A stretch of 64,000 nucleotides of DNA from Octopus sinensis (taxonomy: Eukaryota): positions 105,276,001 through 105,340,000 of the forward strand of contig NC_043003.1 of NCBI RefSeq assembly GCF_006345805.1, given 5' to 3'. Positions 12,016-24,250 of this stretch are shown here, one piece after another. A model generated the notes under the pieces. It ran no database searches. It was not told where the DNA came from and saw nothing but the letters and a program-made list of their open reading frames with translations. The translations under genes were made by a program, and so were the position numbers. Numbering within the stretch: the first letter of the stretch is position 1; each line of letters opens with the position of its first letter.

Positions 12016-13676
12016 AACAATTGCCACACTTTTTATCCACAGAAGAAATACATTGCTGAACACTAAATCTTAATGTAAAGAAGAGCCACGAAGGCAAGGG
12101 AAATCGTAGTCGTGGCTGATGCTGGTGTCGCATAAAAAGCACTCTTCAAGCATTGGGCCTTACGGAGGCAAAGTGGCTGAGCTTTCAAGGCAATGACCAA
12201 AACCTTTGGCATAAAGTTGTGCTTGAGAAGAAGAACCATCAAACCAAGTAAAATTGTGGCAGATAGCAGTGTCACACAAATGGCACTCATTACTCTCTGA
12301 GTGGTTGGCATTAGGAAGGGCATCTAGCCATATAGCCATGCCAAATCAGCCTGGAGCCTTCCAGCCCTGGTCAAACTGTCCAACCCATGCCAGCATGGAC
12401 AATGGACATTAAATGATGGGGACGATTATGTAAAGACATCACATTTCATTACCAATGGAAATGTAATTCAAAGATGACTTCACCTTCAATATATGCGCAC
12501 AAAAAAACGACAAAGTTTTAAAAATATAAGCAATTAGATAATACCATTGTTTCTTTCTTCCTCCAATTTAAAATAATCTTATAAACAAATTATGATGATC
12601 ATCATTTTAACATCCACTTTCTTCTGCTTGCATGGCTTCAACAGATGTTTATTGAGGCAGATTTTTCTGTGGTCAGATACTCTTCCTATTAAGTAGGTTA
12701 CATTTGCCCCTTGGTCAGACTTGTATTCACAGAGTATTTCAAATGCATGGCAGTGTCCCTTATTCACAACAATTACCCGTGTCAAGACAAAGATGGAGGG
12801 ACAGACACACAAGCCACAGATACGTGACAGGCTTCTTTCAGTTTCTGTCTACTCAATCCATTCAGAGGGCTTTCATTAGCCAAGGCGACTCACGGTGGGA
12901 CTGAACTTAAAACCATGTGGTTGAGGAAGCACACGTCTTAACCACATTCCTGGGCCTATGAGCAATTCCTCAAATAATTCAATATTTTCTTATTTCATTA
13001 TTTATAGACGATGTATTGAATCCTTCTCACAGAACTACATTGTTTCTTTGTAGGATACAGAATTACTGGAGACTGTTAATTCATTACTTCATGTCTTATT
13101 CTTTTTGGAAGATTTCTAAAAATTTTCAGAGCATAAAACGGTTTGTTTCCATGTTTTACAATACATTTACTCAGTGGATAAAAAAAAAAGGGAAAAAAAA
13201 CCATGACAGATTTGTCAGGTAAATGTCATTACTTTGTGATGAATTTACAGCAAACTCCAACAGCCACACCTTCATGAGGTGAAGCAGTTTGCTAAAAACG
13301 AAGCTGCTTCCTTATGACTTATCTCTCTCTCCCCATCATCTCAATTGTTTATCTCAATGATGAAGTGGACCTTCTCAAAAGTTAAACATTTTCAGTGGAT
13401 TTCAAGCACAGTTTATCAACTGATCCATCCACTCTGATATTTTGTTGTTACTTTTGATAATATTAAAATAAGCTACCTGAATCTTTAGATTCACGTAGCT
13501 TATTTTATATTATTATTATATACCATGTCCGAAAGTGTTAAAAGCTGTGAAAGCATAAAAATAAAAAGCAGTAAACGAGACGGTCAGCAGCAAGAGACGG
13601 AACAACCAGTTTGTATCTGTTGCTGCGTTGGACTGGAGCTGACTTGCTGGAGTTGATATTTTATTAATTAGCAATT

Positions 13677-14092
13677 TTATAACTCTGTAAGTAGCCTTTT
13701 TAAATAGTTAATTAGACTGTCCAATCCAATTAAATAATTATTGTCCCTTTCACATGTTGCATACACATGACTGAAATCAATCATCTTCACTTTGACACAA
13801 GAATCTCTTTTGCCATATGAACTCTGCAGAAGATCTTCGATATTTGTCATTGCACGACAATCACCGTTGTTTTTGTTTACAATAGAATGATTTGATGGAG
13901 GTAATTGGGACACTGCTGCTAAATGCTGCTTACAAGGCCAAAGCCCTTCATAAATGCACAGTAAGGAAGAGGAATAAAATGCAAATTTTCGTTGATTTTC
14001 AAACCAGTTTTTGATGTCGATGAGCTCAAGTAAGATTGCAAAGACTGCATCTTTGCGTAAACTTTCAGACAAATTAAAATATTCACCAATAC
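13677..14092 (-). CDS. IPMK: IPMK terminal coding exon: IGEYF...LRKDAV...WFENQRKFAFYSSSLLCIYEG...VKMIDFSHV...DNNYLIGLDSLINYL...*
   Basis: ttttttctctgtccag acceptor; intact SSLL and IDF catalytic motifs; stop TAA at 13679-13677. Joined CDS is 966 nt (321 aa + stop). Confidence 0.95.
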
Positions 14093-14427
14093 CTGGACAG
14101 AGAAAAAAATAACAAAAATGTAGATTCCAATTTGGAAAAACTGCAAAATAATATTTTTTGTTAAATTTCTCAATATTTGGCAATAGAAAATTGAACTGAT
14201 TTTCAATTAATATCCCTACTTGGGGAGATATCTTTTACTTGTGGCCATGCTGGGGCAATAGTAGAAAACATTTGTCCAAGATGCCACACACAATGGGACA
14301 GAATCTGTAGTTGGGAATTAAGTGATAAACAAGTAAAAGATAGCAAAATGTCTAGGATTCAAAACTTTCAGCAATTGTCTGCTTTAGAAAATATTTAGTT
14401 AAAGATAAAATACAATAATAAACAAAC

Positions 14428-14512
14428 CTTCTTCTAAAATTCGAAACTGGTCAAGTTGCAGAAGCTTCTTTCGACAGGGGAAATGAAAGGTATCAGTTGA
14501 AGGACGATACAC
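14428..14512 (-). CDS. IPMK: IPMK coding exon 4: VYRPSTDTFHFPCRKKLLQLDQFRILEE(G)
   Basis: tgttacag acceptor and AAG|GTTTGT donor; 85 bp, phase 0-1, which exactly bridges exons 3 and 5. Starts with VY as in IPMK orthologues. Not in the ORF track. Confidence 0.85.
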
Positions 14513-16219
14513 CTGTAACACCATTTACAACAGAAATATTAAATTCTACTACATTTATATTTCCATTTATATTCTAAGAATGTTGTTACTTCTATAACCA
14601 TTTCTTTAAATAGTTAAAGAAATAAAGTATGTTATTCAAGAAAATTACAATACTTCATAATGGAGCTGATAAATGGTAAAAAATTTTTATTACATTGTGA
14701 AAAATATTAACCTTCACATTGTCTGTGGGTGGCACGTAAAAAGCACCTACTACACTCATGGAGTGGTTGGCGTTAGGAAGGGCATCCAGCCGTAGAAACA
14801 TTGCCAGATCAGACTGGGCCTGGTGCAGCCTTCTGGCTTGCCAGACCCCAGTTGCACCGTCCAACCCATGCCAGCATGGAAAGCGGACGCTAAATGATGA
14901 TGATGATTGTGGTAGTTTAATTCCTTACTTCTATGTATGTTACCTCTTAGATCTGAAATGTTCATATTTAAATCAAAACATCATGATAGATTGCTAGCCA
15001 CTAAACCCTTTTTATTTTCTCTCCCTGTTTCTTTCAATGTTCCTTTCTGTCAAAGAGCATAGGCTCGAAATGTAAAAGACTTTCTCACTTCCCAAGCATT
15101 AAACTAATACATCTCTTTGTTGTTTACACACCTGTCTTCATCTTTTGTTTTTTGTTTTTTTTTGTAAATTCTCATAAAGCCATTTGTAAAGATTTGTTAC
15201 AATTCCAGCTTATAATGAGAATGTTAGTTTTAAATCGCTACAAATTCTTGATTATTTTCAAAAATTCAAAATTAGCTCTTAAAGTCTTGCAGGGCTCACT
15301 TTACGTGAATCTCAATCCTCTTAGAAAGAGGATATTTCGACAAATTGTAACCAGTCCAGTACAAAGATCCTACCATATGAATTTGGATAAAATTTGATGA
15401 TACAATTACAATTATTGTTGGAGTACATTGTGAATGTGGTTTTTACCCGTTGTTTTATTTTTTATTTTTACATGTCACTTTTACCTGCCAAGGTAGGTTG
15501 AATACAGTTAAGTTGATTCCACACAGGTGTTTTCACATGCTTTTTTTATTTGTTTCAGTCATTTGACTGTGGCCATGCTGGAGCACCGCCTTTAGTCGAG
15601 CAAATCGACCCTAAGACTTATTCTTTGTAAGCCCAGTACTTATTCTACCGGTGTCTCTTGCCGAACTGCTAAGTTACGGGGACGTAAACACACCAGCATC
15701 GGTTGTCAAGCGATGTTGGGGGGACAAATACAGACACACAAACATATACATACACATATATACGACGGGATTCTTTCAGTTTCCGTCTACCAAATCCACT
15801 CACAAGGCTTTGGTCGGCCCGAGGCTATAGTAGAAGACACTTGCCCATGGTGCCACGCAGTGGGACTGAACCAGGAACCATGTGATTGGTAAGCAAGTCA
15901 CATACCACACAGCCACGCCTGTTCCTATATGTTTGCAAAATAGCAATTTCCTTGTCTCAACTAAATTTACATCCCAGTTATTCTCTGTAACTTGAAATCC
16001 CCACAATTCACACCAGAAAAAGAAATCTGAGATATGCTTTCATCTCTTCCTTTGTAAGGTTTTGTCAGGCCCAACAAATATTATTTACCTTTATTACTAG
16101 AACTATGCCCTCCTCATAAAGCCACCAATATGCAGAGACACTACACTTAAAATATGTCAGTAAATTAATGTCATCACTGCCTTTCACTAACCAATGCAAT
16201 ATCAACGGCATATTCACAC

Positions 16220-16688
16220 GGGCATATAGCGTAGTGGTTAAGAGCGCAGGCTACCAGCCCCAAGATTCCAAGTTTGATTCCAGGCAGTGACCTGAATGGT
16301 AATAATAATATCGAAAAATACCTTAGGAATGAGAACCCAGGTTCGAAATTTCCCCAAGACACCTGATGAAGACACCTGGAGGGTATTTCAGCCGAAACAT
16401 TAACAAACAAGATGAGGACAAATATCCGTCAAGCACCATACGATCGTGGCCGTCTGCCAGCCTCGTCTGGCACGTAAAAAGCACCCACTACCCTCACAGA
16501 GTGGTTGGCGTTAGGAAAGGCATCCAGCCGTAGAAACACTGCCAGATCAGATTGGAGCCTGGTGCAGCCTTCTGGCTTCCCAGACCCCAGTTGAACCGTC
16601 CAACCCATGCTAGCATGGAAAGCGGACGTTAAATGATGATGATATAAATAATGTACATAATTCCTCATCTCTTAAAAATAGGACTGTA
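16220..16688 (+). mobile_element. tRNA-headed SINE family D carrying a hammerhead core remnant; interrupted by an RTE tail at 16432-16643
   Basis: A box tagcgtagtgg, B box gtttgattcc, then gacacCTGATGAa...ctg-gagggtattt-cagccGAAAc (16358-16398); the element appears to resume after the insertion (gatgagga at ~16411 is complementary to tcctcatc at ~16662). Confidence 0.65.
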
Positions 16689-17132
16689 TGTTCACACTTG
16701 CTTAGCATCAATAAATCTCGATTTCATTTAAACAGCTGGTGTATGCAAATGATGCTGAAGTTCTGCACTAATTGTTTTATCCACATCCAAAATTCTCTTT
16801 AATTAAACCAGGAAATTCACTGGTTGAGGTATTGACTATCATTATGCTCAAGAATTAAAGAGAGAAACAACTTCTAAAGAAAATCATTCAATAAAAACGC
16901 AACAAGTAACACTTTCAGAGACATCCAAGTAAAGTGAGACATTACACACATATCCAAACATAAGCAGATGCTCAGAGGAAGAGAGAGAGAGAGAATAAGA
17001 GAAACTAAAACATCTGAGGCCCAAAATGGCTGGGCCAAAATCTCTCTACACTTCTCTTGAAATATTTACTTTCTAAAATGAGACTAAACTTTGTTTTTGA
17101 TGTAGAAGTGTTTAGTAATAGTTTTCAACTAT

Positions 17133-17558
17133 AGGCGAAGGAGTGGCTGTGTGGTAAGTAGCTTGCTTACCAACCACATGGTTCCGAGTTCAGTCCCATT
17201 GCATGGTACCTTGGGCAAGTGTCTTCTACTATAGCCTTGGGCCGACCAATGCCTTGTGAGTGGATTTGGTAGACGGAAACTGAAAGAAGCCCGTCGTATA
17301 TATGTGTGTGTGTGTATATATATATATATAGATGTATATGTATGTGTGTATATTTATGTGCCTGTGTTTGTTCCCCCACCATCGCTTGACAACTGATGCT
17401 GGTGTGTTTATGTCCCTGTAACATAACAATTCGGCAAAAGAGACCGATAGAATAAGTACTAGGCTTACAAAGAAGAAGTCCTGGGGTCGATTTGCTCGAC
17501 TAAAAAAAGTGGTGCTCCAGCATGGCCATAGTCAAATGACTGAAACAAGTAAAAGAGA
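17133..17558 (+). mobile_element. tRNA-derived SINE family A; further copies at ~15548-15922-, 25494-25858+, 26980-27362-, 30725-30900+, 43635-43985-, 44248-44625+, 51568-51995-, 59611-59984+, 63205-63400+
   Basis: Shared head ggagtggctgtgtggtaag...ggttcagtccc, internal (TA/TG)n tract, tail ggtgctccagcatggccgcagtcaaatgactgaaacaagtaaaagag. Confidence 0.88.
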
Positions 17559-17629
17559 ACAGCAAACAACATCACTATTTGGTGATGGGAGAGATATTTG
17601 TGGTGTGGATCTTTTAAGAATTAATAGAG

Positions 17630-18012
17630 TGGAAGCACTCCGTCGGTTACGACGACGAGGGTTCCGGTTGATCCGATCAACGGAACAGCCAGTTCACGAA
17701 ATTAACGTGTAAGTGGCTGAGCACTCCACAGACACGTGTACCCATAACATAGTTCTCGGGGATATTCAGCGTGACACAGAGAGTGACAAGGCCGGCCCCT
17801 TGAAATACAGGTACAACAGAAACAGGAAGTAAGAGTGAGAGAAAGTTGTGGTGAAAGAGTACAGCAGGGATCACCCCCCCCCCTCCCAGAGCCTCGTGGA
17901 GCTTTAGGTGTTTTCGCTCAATAAACACTCACAACACCCGGTCTGGGAATCGAAACCGCGATCCTACGACTACGAGTCCGCTGCCCTAACCAATGGGCCA
18001 TTGCGCCTCCAA
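17630..18012 (-). mobile_element. tRNA-derived SINE family C; related copies at ~19000-19290+ and 63525-63762-
   Basis: Minus strand starts tggaggcgcaatggcccattggttagggcagcggactcgtag...ggtttcgattccc (A/B boxes); shared gtggagtgctcagccactt..cacgttaatt segment. Confidence 0.8.
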
Positions 18013-18105
18013 GAATTAACAGAAATACACAGAAGACCTGGCATTTCTAAAAGAAACCTGGCTGGTTGTAAAGAGTTACTTAAATTTCATAAAGAAGTTT
18101 CTTAC

Positions 18106-18275
18106 CCGAAATCCCATTTTAAAACCAACCTCCGTTGAAAACTGATTTTTAATTTTTTCATATTGAATTTTCTCAGCAGAAGCTTCGGGGTCGTAAGTTT
18201 GGCTTCCAATCTTGATGTCAGCAATACTAGCTTTTTCAAATTCAACTGTCATATCTTCCAAGTGAAGGTACAGTT
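18106..18275 (-). CDS. IPMK: IPMK coding exon 3: (E)LYLHLEDMTVEFEKASIADIKIGSQTYDPEASAEKIQYEKIKNQFSTEVGFKMGFR
   Basis: ttttgttacag acceptor and CGG|GTAAG donor; 170 bp, phase 1-0. LED and xxxxDxKxG nucleotide/inositol-binding motifs. Confidence 0.93.
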
Positions 18276-18465
18276 CTGTAACAAAATAGAAATTGTAAAC
18301 ATTGTTTAGTTAAGAACAAACCATTACAAGTATTAGTGTTTAGGGTTAGCATAAAGAGTGGGGGATATAATCGACTGAATACACCTGTGTAGATTTAATC
18401 AGGAACGAAAGCTACATTCAACTCACAGAAGTCCATCATCATCGTGATTATCTTGTTCCTTTATC

Positions 18466-18767
18466 CAAACCTGGGCACCAAATCGTTAATTAACAAAGTT
18501 AACGATTGACCTTTTAAGTTAACTTTGGAAATCATTATCAGACTAATTAACTTATGTTAGCTTCAATTCAATTGAAGTTAACAGATTTTATAGTTTTGGC
18601 ACTTTTTAAAGGTGTTTTCAGGAGGGTTTTTAGAAATAAACTGATTTTTTCTTTTTTTCTAGAATAAAAATTAATGTTAACAGTTTGTCAATAACTTTCA
18701 TTGCATTAAGAAATAACTGGTTAACAGTTATCGAAGTTCATTTTTCGATTTATGGCACCCACCTTTG
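18466..18767. mobile_element. hAT-type MITE with 8-bp TSD cctttatc
   Basis: Ends CAAACCTGGGCACC ... CCCACCTTTG; identical 8-mers at 18458-65 and 18768-75. Confidence 0.85.
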
Positions 18768-20360
18768 CCTTTATCCATGCTTGCACGAGCTGGGCAGACT
18801 TTACTGCAGCAGATTTCCCATGGCTGGATGCCTTTCCTGCTGCCAACCCTTGTCTGTTTCCAAACAAAGAAATATTTCCCCATGACCAGACATGTTTTTG
18901 CAGAAGATTGGAAACGAAGGACATCCATTTACAACAATCACTTGAAGTCAACACAGAGACACACATACGTGTACACACACACACACATACGTGGCTGGGT
19001 GGTTAGGATATTCTGCTCATGATCGTAAGATTTGTGAGCTTCACTCCCAGTTATGTATTGTGACCTTGAGCAAGACACTTTATTTCACATTGCTCCAGTC
19101 TACTCAACTGGTAAAAATGAGTTGTACTTGTATTTCAAAATGACCAGCTTTGTTACAATGTGTGTCGCGCTGAATCTCGTGTTAAGGGTATCCATGTCTG
19201 TGGAGTACTCAGCCACCAACATGTTAATTTCACGAGCAGACAGTTCCATTGATCAGATCAACTGGAACCCTCGTCGTTATAACCAACTGAATGCCAATGT
19301 ACACACACACACATAGATATCTACAATGAGCTTCTTGGTCAACCTGGGCCAATAGTAGAAGGCACTTGTCCAAGGTACCACTCAGTAAGATTGAACTCCA
19401 AACCATGTGGTTGGGAAACAAACTCCTGAAGCACCTGGCCCACAAAATTATTCAATTCAATGCACTGCTGACATCTTGTATTACCTTGCTAAACATTGCT
19501 TTCTTTTCAAAATGAGAATTCTGGAAGAACTGAAGAAAATTTTTTTATTCATCTAAATTCAAATATAAAAGGAGAAAATGCTGAAATAATTTAGCAGTAA
19601 TTAGATACAACAATCCAAAGCAATATATTCTCAGCCAGACCGGGATCTCTACAGACATATGTATGTACATGGAATACAACAGGTTGTCATCATCATCATC
19701 GTTTAACGTCCGTTTTCCATGCTGGCATGGGTTGGACAGTTCGACTGGGGACTGGGAAGCCAGGAGGCTGCACCAGACTCCAGTCTGGTCTGGCAAAGTT
19801 TCTACTGCTGGATGCCCTTCCTAATGCCAACCACTCAGAGTGTAGTGCATGCTTTTTTCATGTCACCGGCATGGAAGCCAGTCAAGGTGGCACTGGCATC
19901 GGCCACGTTCAGATGGTGCTTTTTATGTGCTACCATCACGGGGCTTACAACTACAATTTCCATTTGATTTGATTTTGATTTTGCTGTTGATGTTGATGTA
20001 CTTGACTCAATAAGTCTCCTCAAGCATGGCAAGTCGCCCTACGATCCAAGGTACTTATGAGTGGGCTGGCTATGCGACACTGGTGCAGGTTGTGTATATA
20101 TAAACTAACAATATGGCCTGCATGAATGTATGCAAACCTAAAAAGGTGCAGATGAATACGAATCCCAAATCCCAACATCCTTCATTGTTTTTGTTGTAAT
20201 GAACAGCTAGAAAGAGAAGTTAATATGTGCTCCACTTCAATTACCTGATGGTGATTCTAAATCTGAAGGCTAAAGTTTGAGTACCAGAAGTCAGCATTAT
20301 TAAACATAGCTTTGTAAACATCTATTTGAGATGGGAAACAAACCAACCCAGAGTGACACA

Positions 20361-20398
<38 letters not shown>

Positions 20399-20597
20399 AT
20401 CAGTCACTGGAGTGAACCATATCACTTAATTACATCAAATGGAATTTCCATTTCATTCTCTCTCTCAAATTCAGGTTTGACTCGGGGCTTTTAAAAGCAA
20501 AACATGTTGCGAGTTCTCTCCCTTACTCAACGAACTTTTACTTTAATTAGACATTGCACTTGTCTTTCGTCATCACATCAGTATTTCTAATTATAAT

Positions 20598-20726
20598 CAC
20601 AGCCCCATCCTAGAGCATGACACAGCCCCATCCTAGTGTGTGACACAGCTCCATCCTAGAGCATGACACACCCCCATCCTAGTGTATGACAGCCCCATCC
20701 TAGTGAACGACACAGCCCCATCCTAG
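20598..20726. repeat. 23-bp minisatellite, about 5.6 units
   Basis: Unit cacagccccatcctag(a/t)g(c/t)atga. Confidence 0.9.
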
Positions 20727-22822
20727 ATTATGTTGCAGCCCTGTTGTAAAATATGTACACGTTTATAGGCTCAACAGTTTCATCGATTGTGTCCATGTCC
20801 CCTGGTGAATGCTGCCATTTTTGGTCCTCAACTGTTTATTTATTAAGCATCGAGTTGGATTATTTGCAGCTAGCCTGTATATGCCACCGTCCACCACGTG
20901 TGGACAGACATGTTCTGTAGGAGTAGAGCTCTACAAAGTGGCAGAAGAGACAGAGTATGAGATAATGGGTGATAGTGAATGACTGTGGCACAATGAAATG
21001 TCCTCCAGGTTTACCAACAAATAACAAGATATAAAAACAAAACAGCAACAACAAAAATCAATGTGTGTGTGTGTGTGACCAAGACCTCTGGAGGTGTGCT
21101 GTGACTGAGAAGACCCAACAAAATGAGTTCACAGCTGTAACCTACACCAGTGTCACATAACCAGCCCACTTAAAAAAGTACCTTGGATCGTAGGGTGACA
21201 TGTCATGCCTGAGGACACCTATTGAGTCAAGTACATCAAAATCAATATCAAAATCAAATCAAACAGAAATTGTAGTTGTGACCCCCGTGCCAGTGGCATG
21301 TAAAAAGCACCATCCGATCGTAGTTGATGCCAGCTCCTGTGGCACGTAAAAAGCAACCACTACACTCACGGAGTGGTTGGCATTAGGAAGGGCATCCAGC
21401 TGTAGAAACACTGCCTGATGCAGCCTCCTGGCTTCCCAGACCCCAGTCAAGCCATCCAACCCATGCCAGCATGGAAAATGGATGTTAAACAGTGATGATG
21501 ATATACATATAAGAATTTAAGATGAGGATTCCGATAGAATCAGGTACTTGAAAAGGTATGTACCAGGAAAGGCTGGGTAATAGAAATTTTTAATTTTTTT
21601 TATTTTCAAACTCATTATTGACAGGCAGCACTCAACTTTAATTCCATAAGTTCAATTTAATTTGACCGACCTCCATACTCTTTCCCCCACCACTTCCAAC
21701 CAATATCCACCGAACACTCCCCAAAATTTCTGTGTTTCTCTATTCCCCTCCCCAGGTCATTTACCATTAGCAAGAGACTCCCCATATCCCGACCCTATGC
21801 CTTTATTTTTATTTTTATTTCACCCTTATGTTTCGACCCCTCCTTACTTACCACAACCCAGAGCTTATCATAATATATTTTCTCCTACAATCCAGTCTAG
21901 TCTACCCCTGATCTAGTCTAGCAGACTCCTTCTCACCCCGAATCACTGACCTTAGATACCAAATTACACATTTCCAAGAACCTACATTCATAACCCACAC
22001 TGCCAACGTAGTTGTTCTTTCTCCCATTTCAAAGTTGGCCTTGATGGACAAATCCCAGCTGTATTCCTGAATATTCTTTTATTTTGTAAAATTACTTCTC
22101 ATCTGATGATTAAAAGTCTTTCATAATGAAGTAATCTTCTCATTCTTCTATTAAAAGTTACATAATAAACAATTGTAATGAGCTGACAATTATCCATTGT
22201 CTGTTATTGGGTTGGTGCATAATTATTGCAGCGTTTTCTCAACAAAAACAATAACAAAATGTAACAAAAACATAGCCAATCCACTTATGCATACCTTTCC
22301 TTCTTGGGACACAAAACTCTACTTGTGAAGACCTGTTGAGGCAAGTGAGAATCGAAATCGATCAACATCAATGGAAATTGCAGCTGTGATACCAGTGCCG
22401 GTGGCACGCAAGAGAACCATCCGTTCATGGCCGTTGCCAGCCCCGTCTGGCACCTGTGCCGGTGGCACATAAAAAGCACCCACTACCCTCACAGAGTGGT
22501 TGGCGTTAGGAAGGGCATCCAGCTGTAAAAACACTGCCAGATCAGACTGGAGCCTGGTGCAGCCTTCTGGCTTCCTGGACCCCAGTTGAACCGTCCAACC
22601 CATGCTAGCATGGAAAGCGGACGCTAAACGATGATGATGATATTCACCATCTACTTCAATTAATGCTTCCTATTAGCTTGGCAGACGGTCAGACCATCAT
22701 TTAAAGATGGTTTTGTTAAATATTATTGTTTTTGTTGAATAAAATTTGTCAGAAACAAGCTGCAATTATTATTCACCAACCCAATATTATTCATTTGATT
22801 TATATATACATATATATATATA

Positions 22823-23950
22823 TCATCATCATCATCATTTAACGGTTTGAGTGAGGACTAGCAAACCAGATGGCTGCACCAGACTCCAGTCTGATCTGGC
22901 AGAGTTTCTACAGCTGGATGCCCTTCCTAATGCCAACCACTCTGAGAGTGTAGTGAGTGCTTTTACGTGCCATCGGCATGAGGGCCAGTCAGGCGGCACT
23001 GGCAACGGCTACACTCAAGTGGTGTTTTTACGTGCCACCTGCACAGGAGCCAGTCCAGCGGCACTGGCAAATGACCTCGCTCACATGCTTTTTTTTTCCC
23101 GTGCCACCGGCACAAGTGCCAGCAAGGCGATGCTGGTAACAGTCACGCTCAAATGATGCTTTTCACGTGCCACCGGCATGGAAGTCAGTTTGCTGCTCTG
23201 GCAACGATCACGCTCAGATGGTGCCCTTAGCGCTCCACTAGCAGGGATGCCAGTCATCAAATTTCTATCACAAGTTCCCTCCACAGTTAGAGATTGGCAC
23301 TTCTTAACACAGCTCTCCTTGTCCATACACATCATATGACCATTACCAATGCAGTCGTCTCTCTTGCACACCACATCTGATGCCTCTTATGCCCAACTTT
23401 TCTCTCAAGACACTTACACTCTGTCATACATGCACACTGACATTGCATATCAAGCGAAGCATACCAGCTTCATTTCTTTCAAGCCTGTGCATATCCTCAG
23501 CAGTCACAGCCCATGTTTTGCTGCCGTGTAGCAAAGCTGTCCACACACAGGCTTCATACTGTTTGCCTTTTACCCTGAGTGAGAGGCCCTTAGTTACCAA
23601 CAGAAACAGGAGCTCTCTGAACTTTGCTCAGCCTATTCTTATTCTTGCAGCTCTCAGAGCATCCACCTCTGCTACTGACTCAGTCACCGACATAACAGAA
23701 GCTACCAACTACCTCTAGCTTACCCTCCTGGCAGTTGATGCAGTCTATTTTCTATGCATTTTCAGTGTTTATTGCATCTGTGCATCTTCCACAGACAAAA
23801 ACTATTTTCCCAGTTAACATTCCTCTGATATTGCTGCACCTTTTATGTGTCCATAGTTTACACCAGGTTTGTACCGAGTTTGTACCGACACCTTTTCTAC
23901 AGATTGAAAAGGGCCACCAACCTGAAGGGGTTTGTGATTTGTCTAGCAAT
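22823..23950 (-). mobile_element. 5'-truncated RTE copy (PHD finger, RT C-terminus, 3' UTR) in IPMK intron 2
   Basis: Peptide WWPFSICRKGVGTNSVQTWCKLWTHKRCS matches the 47-kb element; ends in a (cat)n tail. Confidence 0.85.
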
Positions 23951-24250
23951 TTGTGTGTGTGTGTGTGTGTCTGTTTCTACTCCAACCCCAACGGCTTGAC
24001 AACTGGTGTATTTGTATTTATGTTCCCATAACTTAGCAGTTCAGTAAAAGAAACCAACAGAATAAGTACAAGACTTAAAAAAAACAAAAAAAAAGTACTG
24101 GGGGCATTGATTCATTTCAGTAAAAATCATTCAAGGCAGTGCCCCAGCATGGCCACAGTCTAATAACTGAAACAAGCAAAAAAGAAAGCAAATCTTTCCT
24201 TCAACAGGGCCCAGATGTTTGAGCATCCAAATGATCACGACCAAGCTGGA

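Noticed and set aside
13357-13437. C/D box snoRNA-like ATGATGA ... CTGA
   Set aside because: No terminal stem, no recognisable rRNA guide, and not in a sense intron.
17940-18012. tRNA gene candidates here and at 16220 and 63690
   Set aside because: A/B boxes are present but no full cloverleaf; each continues into a SINE body.
22092-22140. CTGATGA within a small inverted repeat
   Set aside because: GAAG rather than GAAA, and the flanks are direct rather than complementary.
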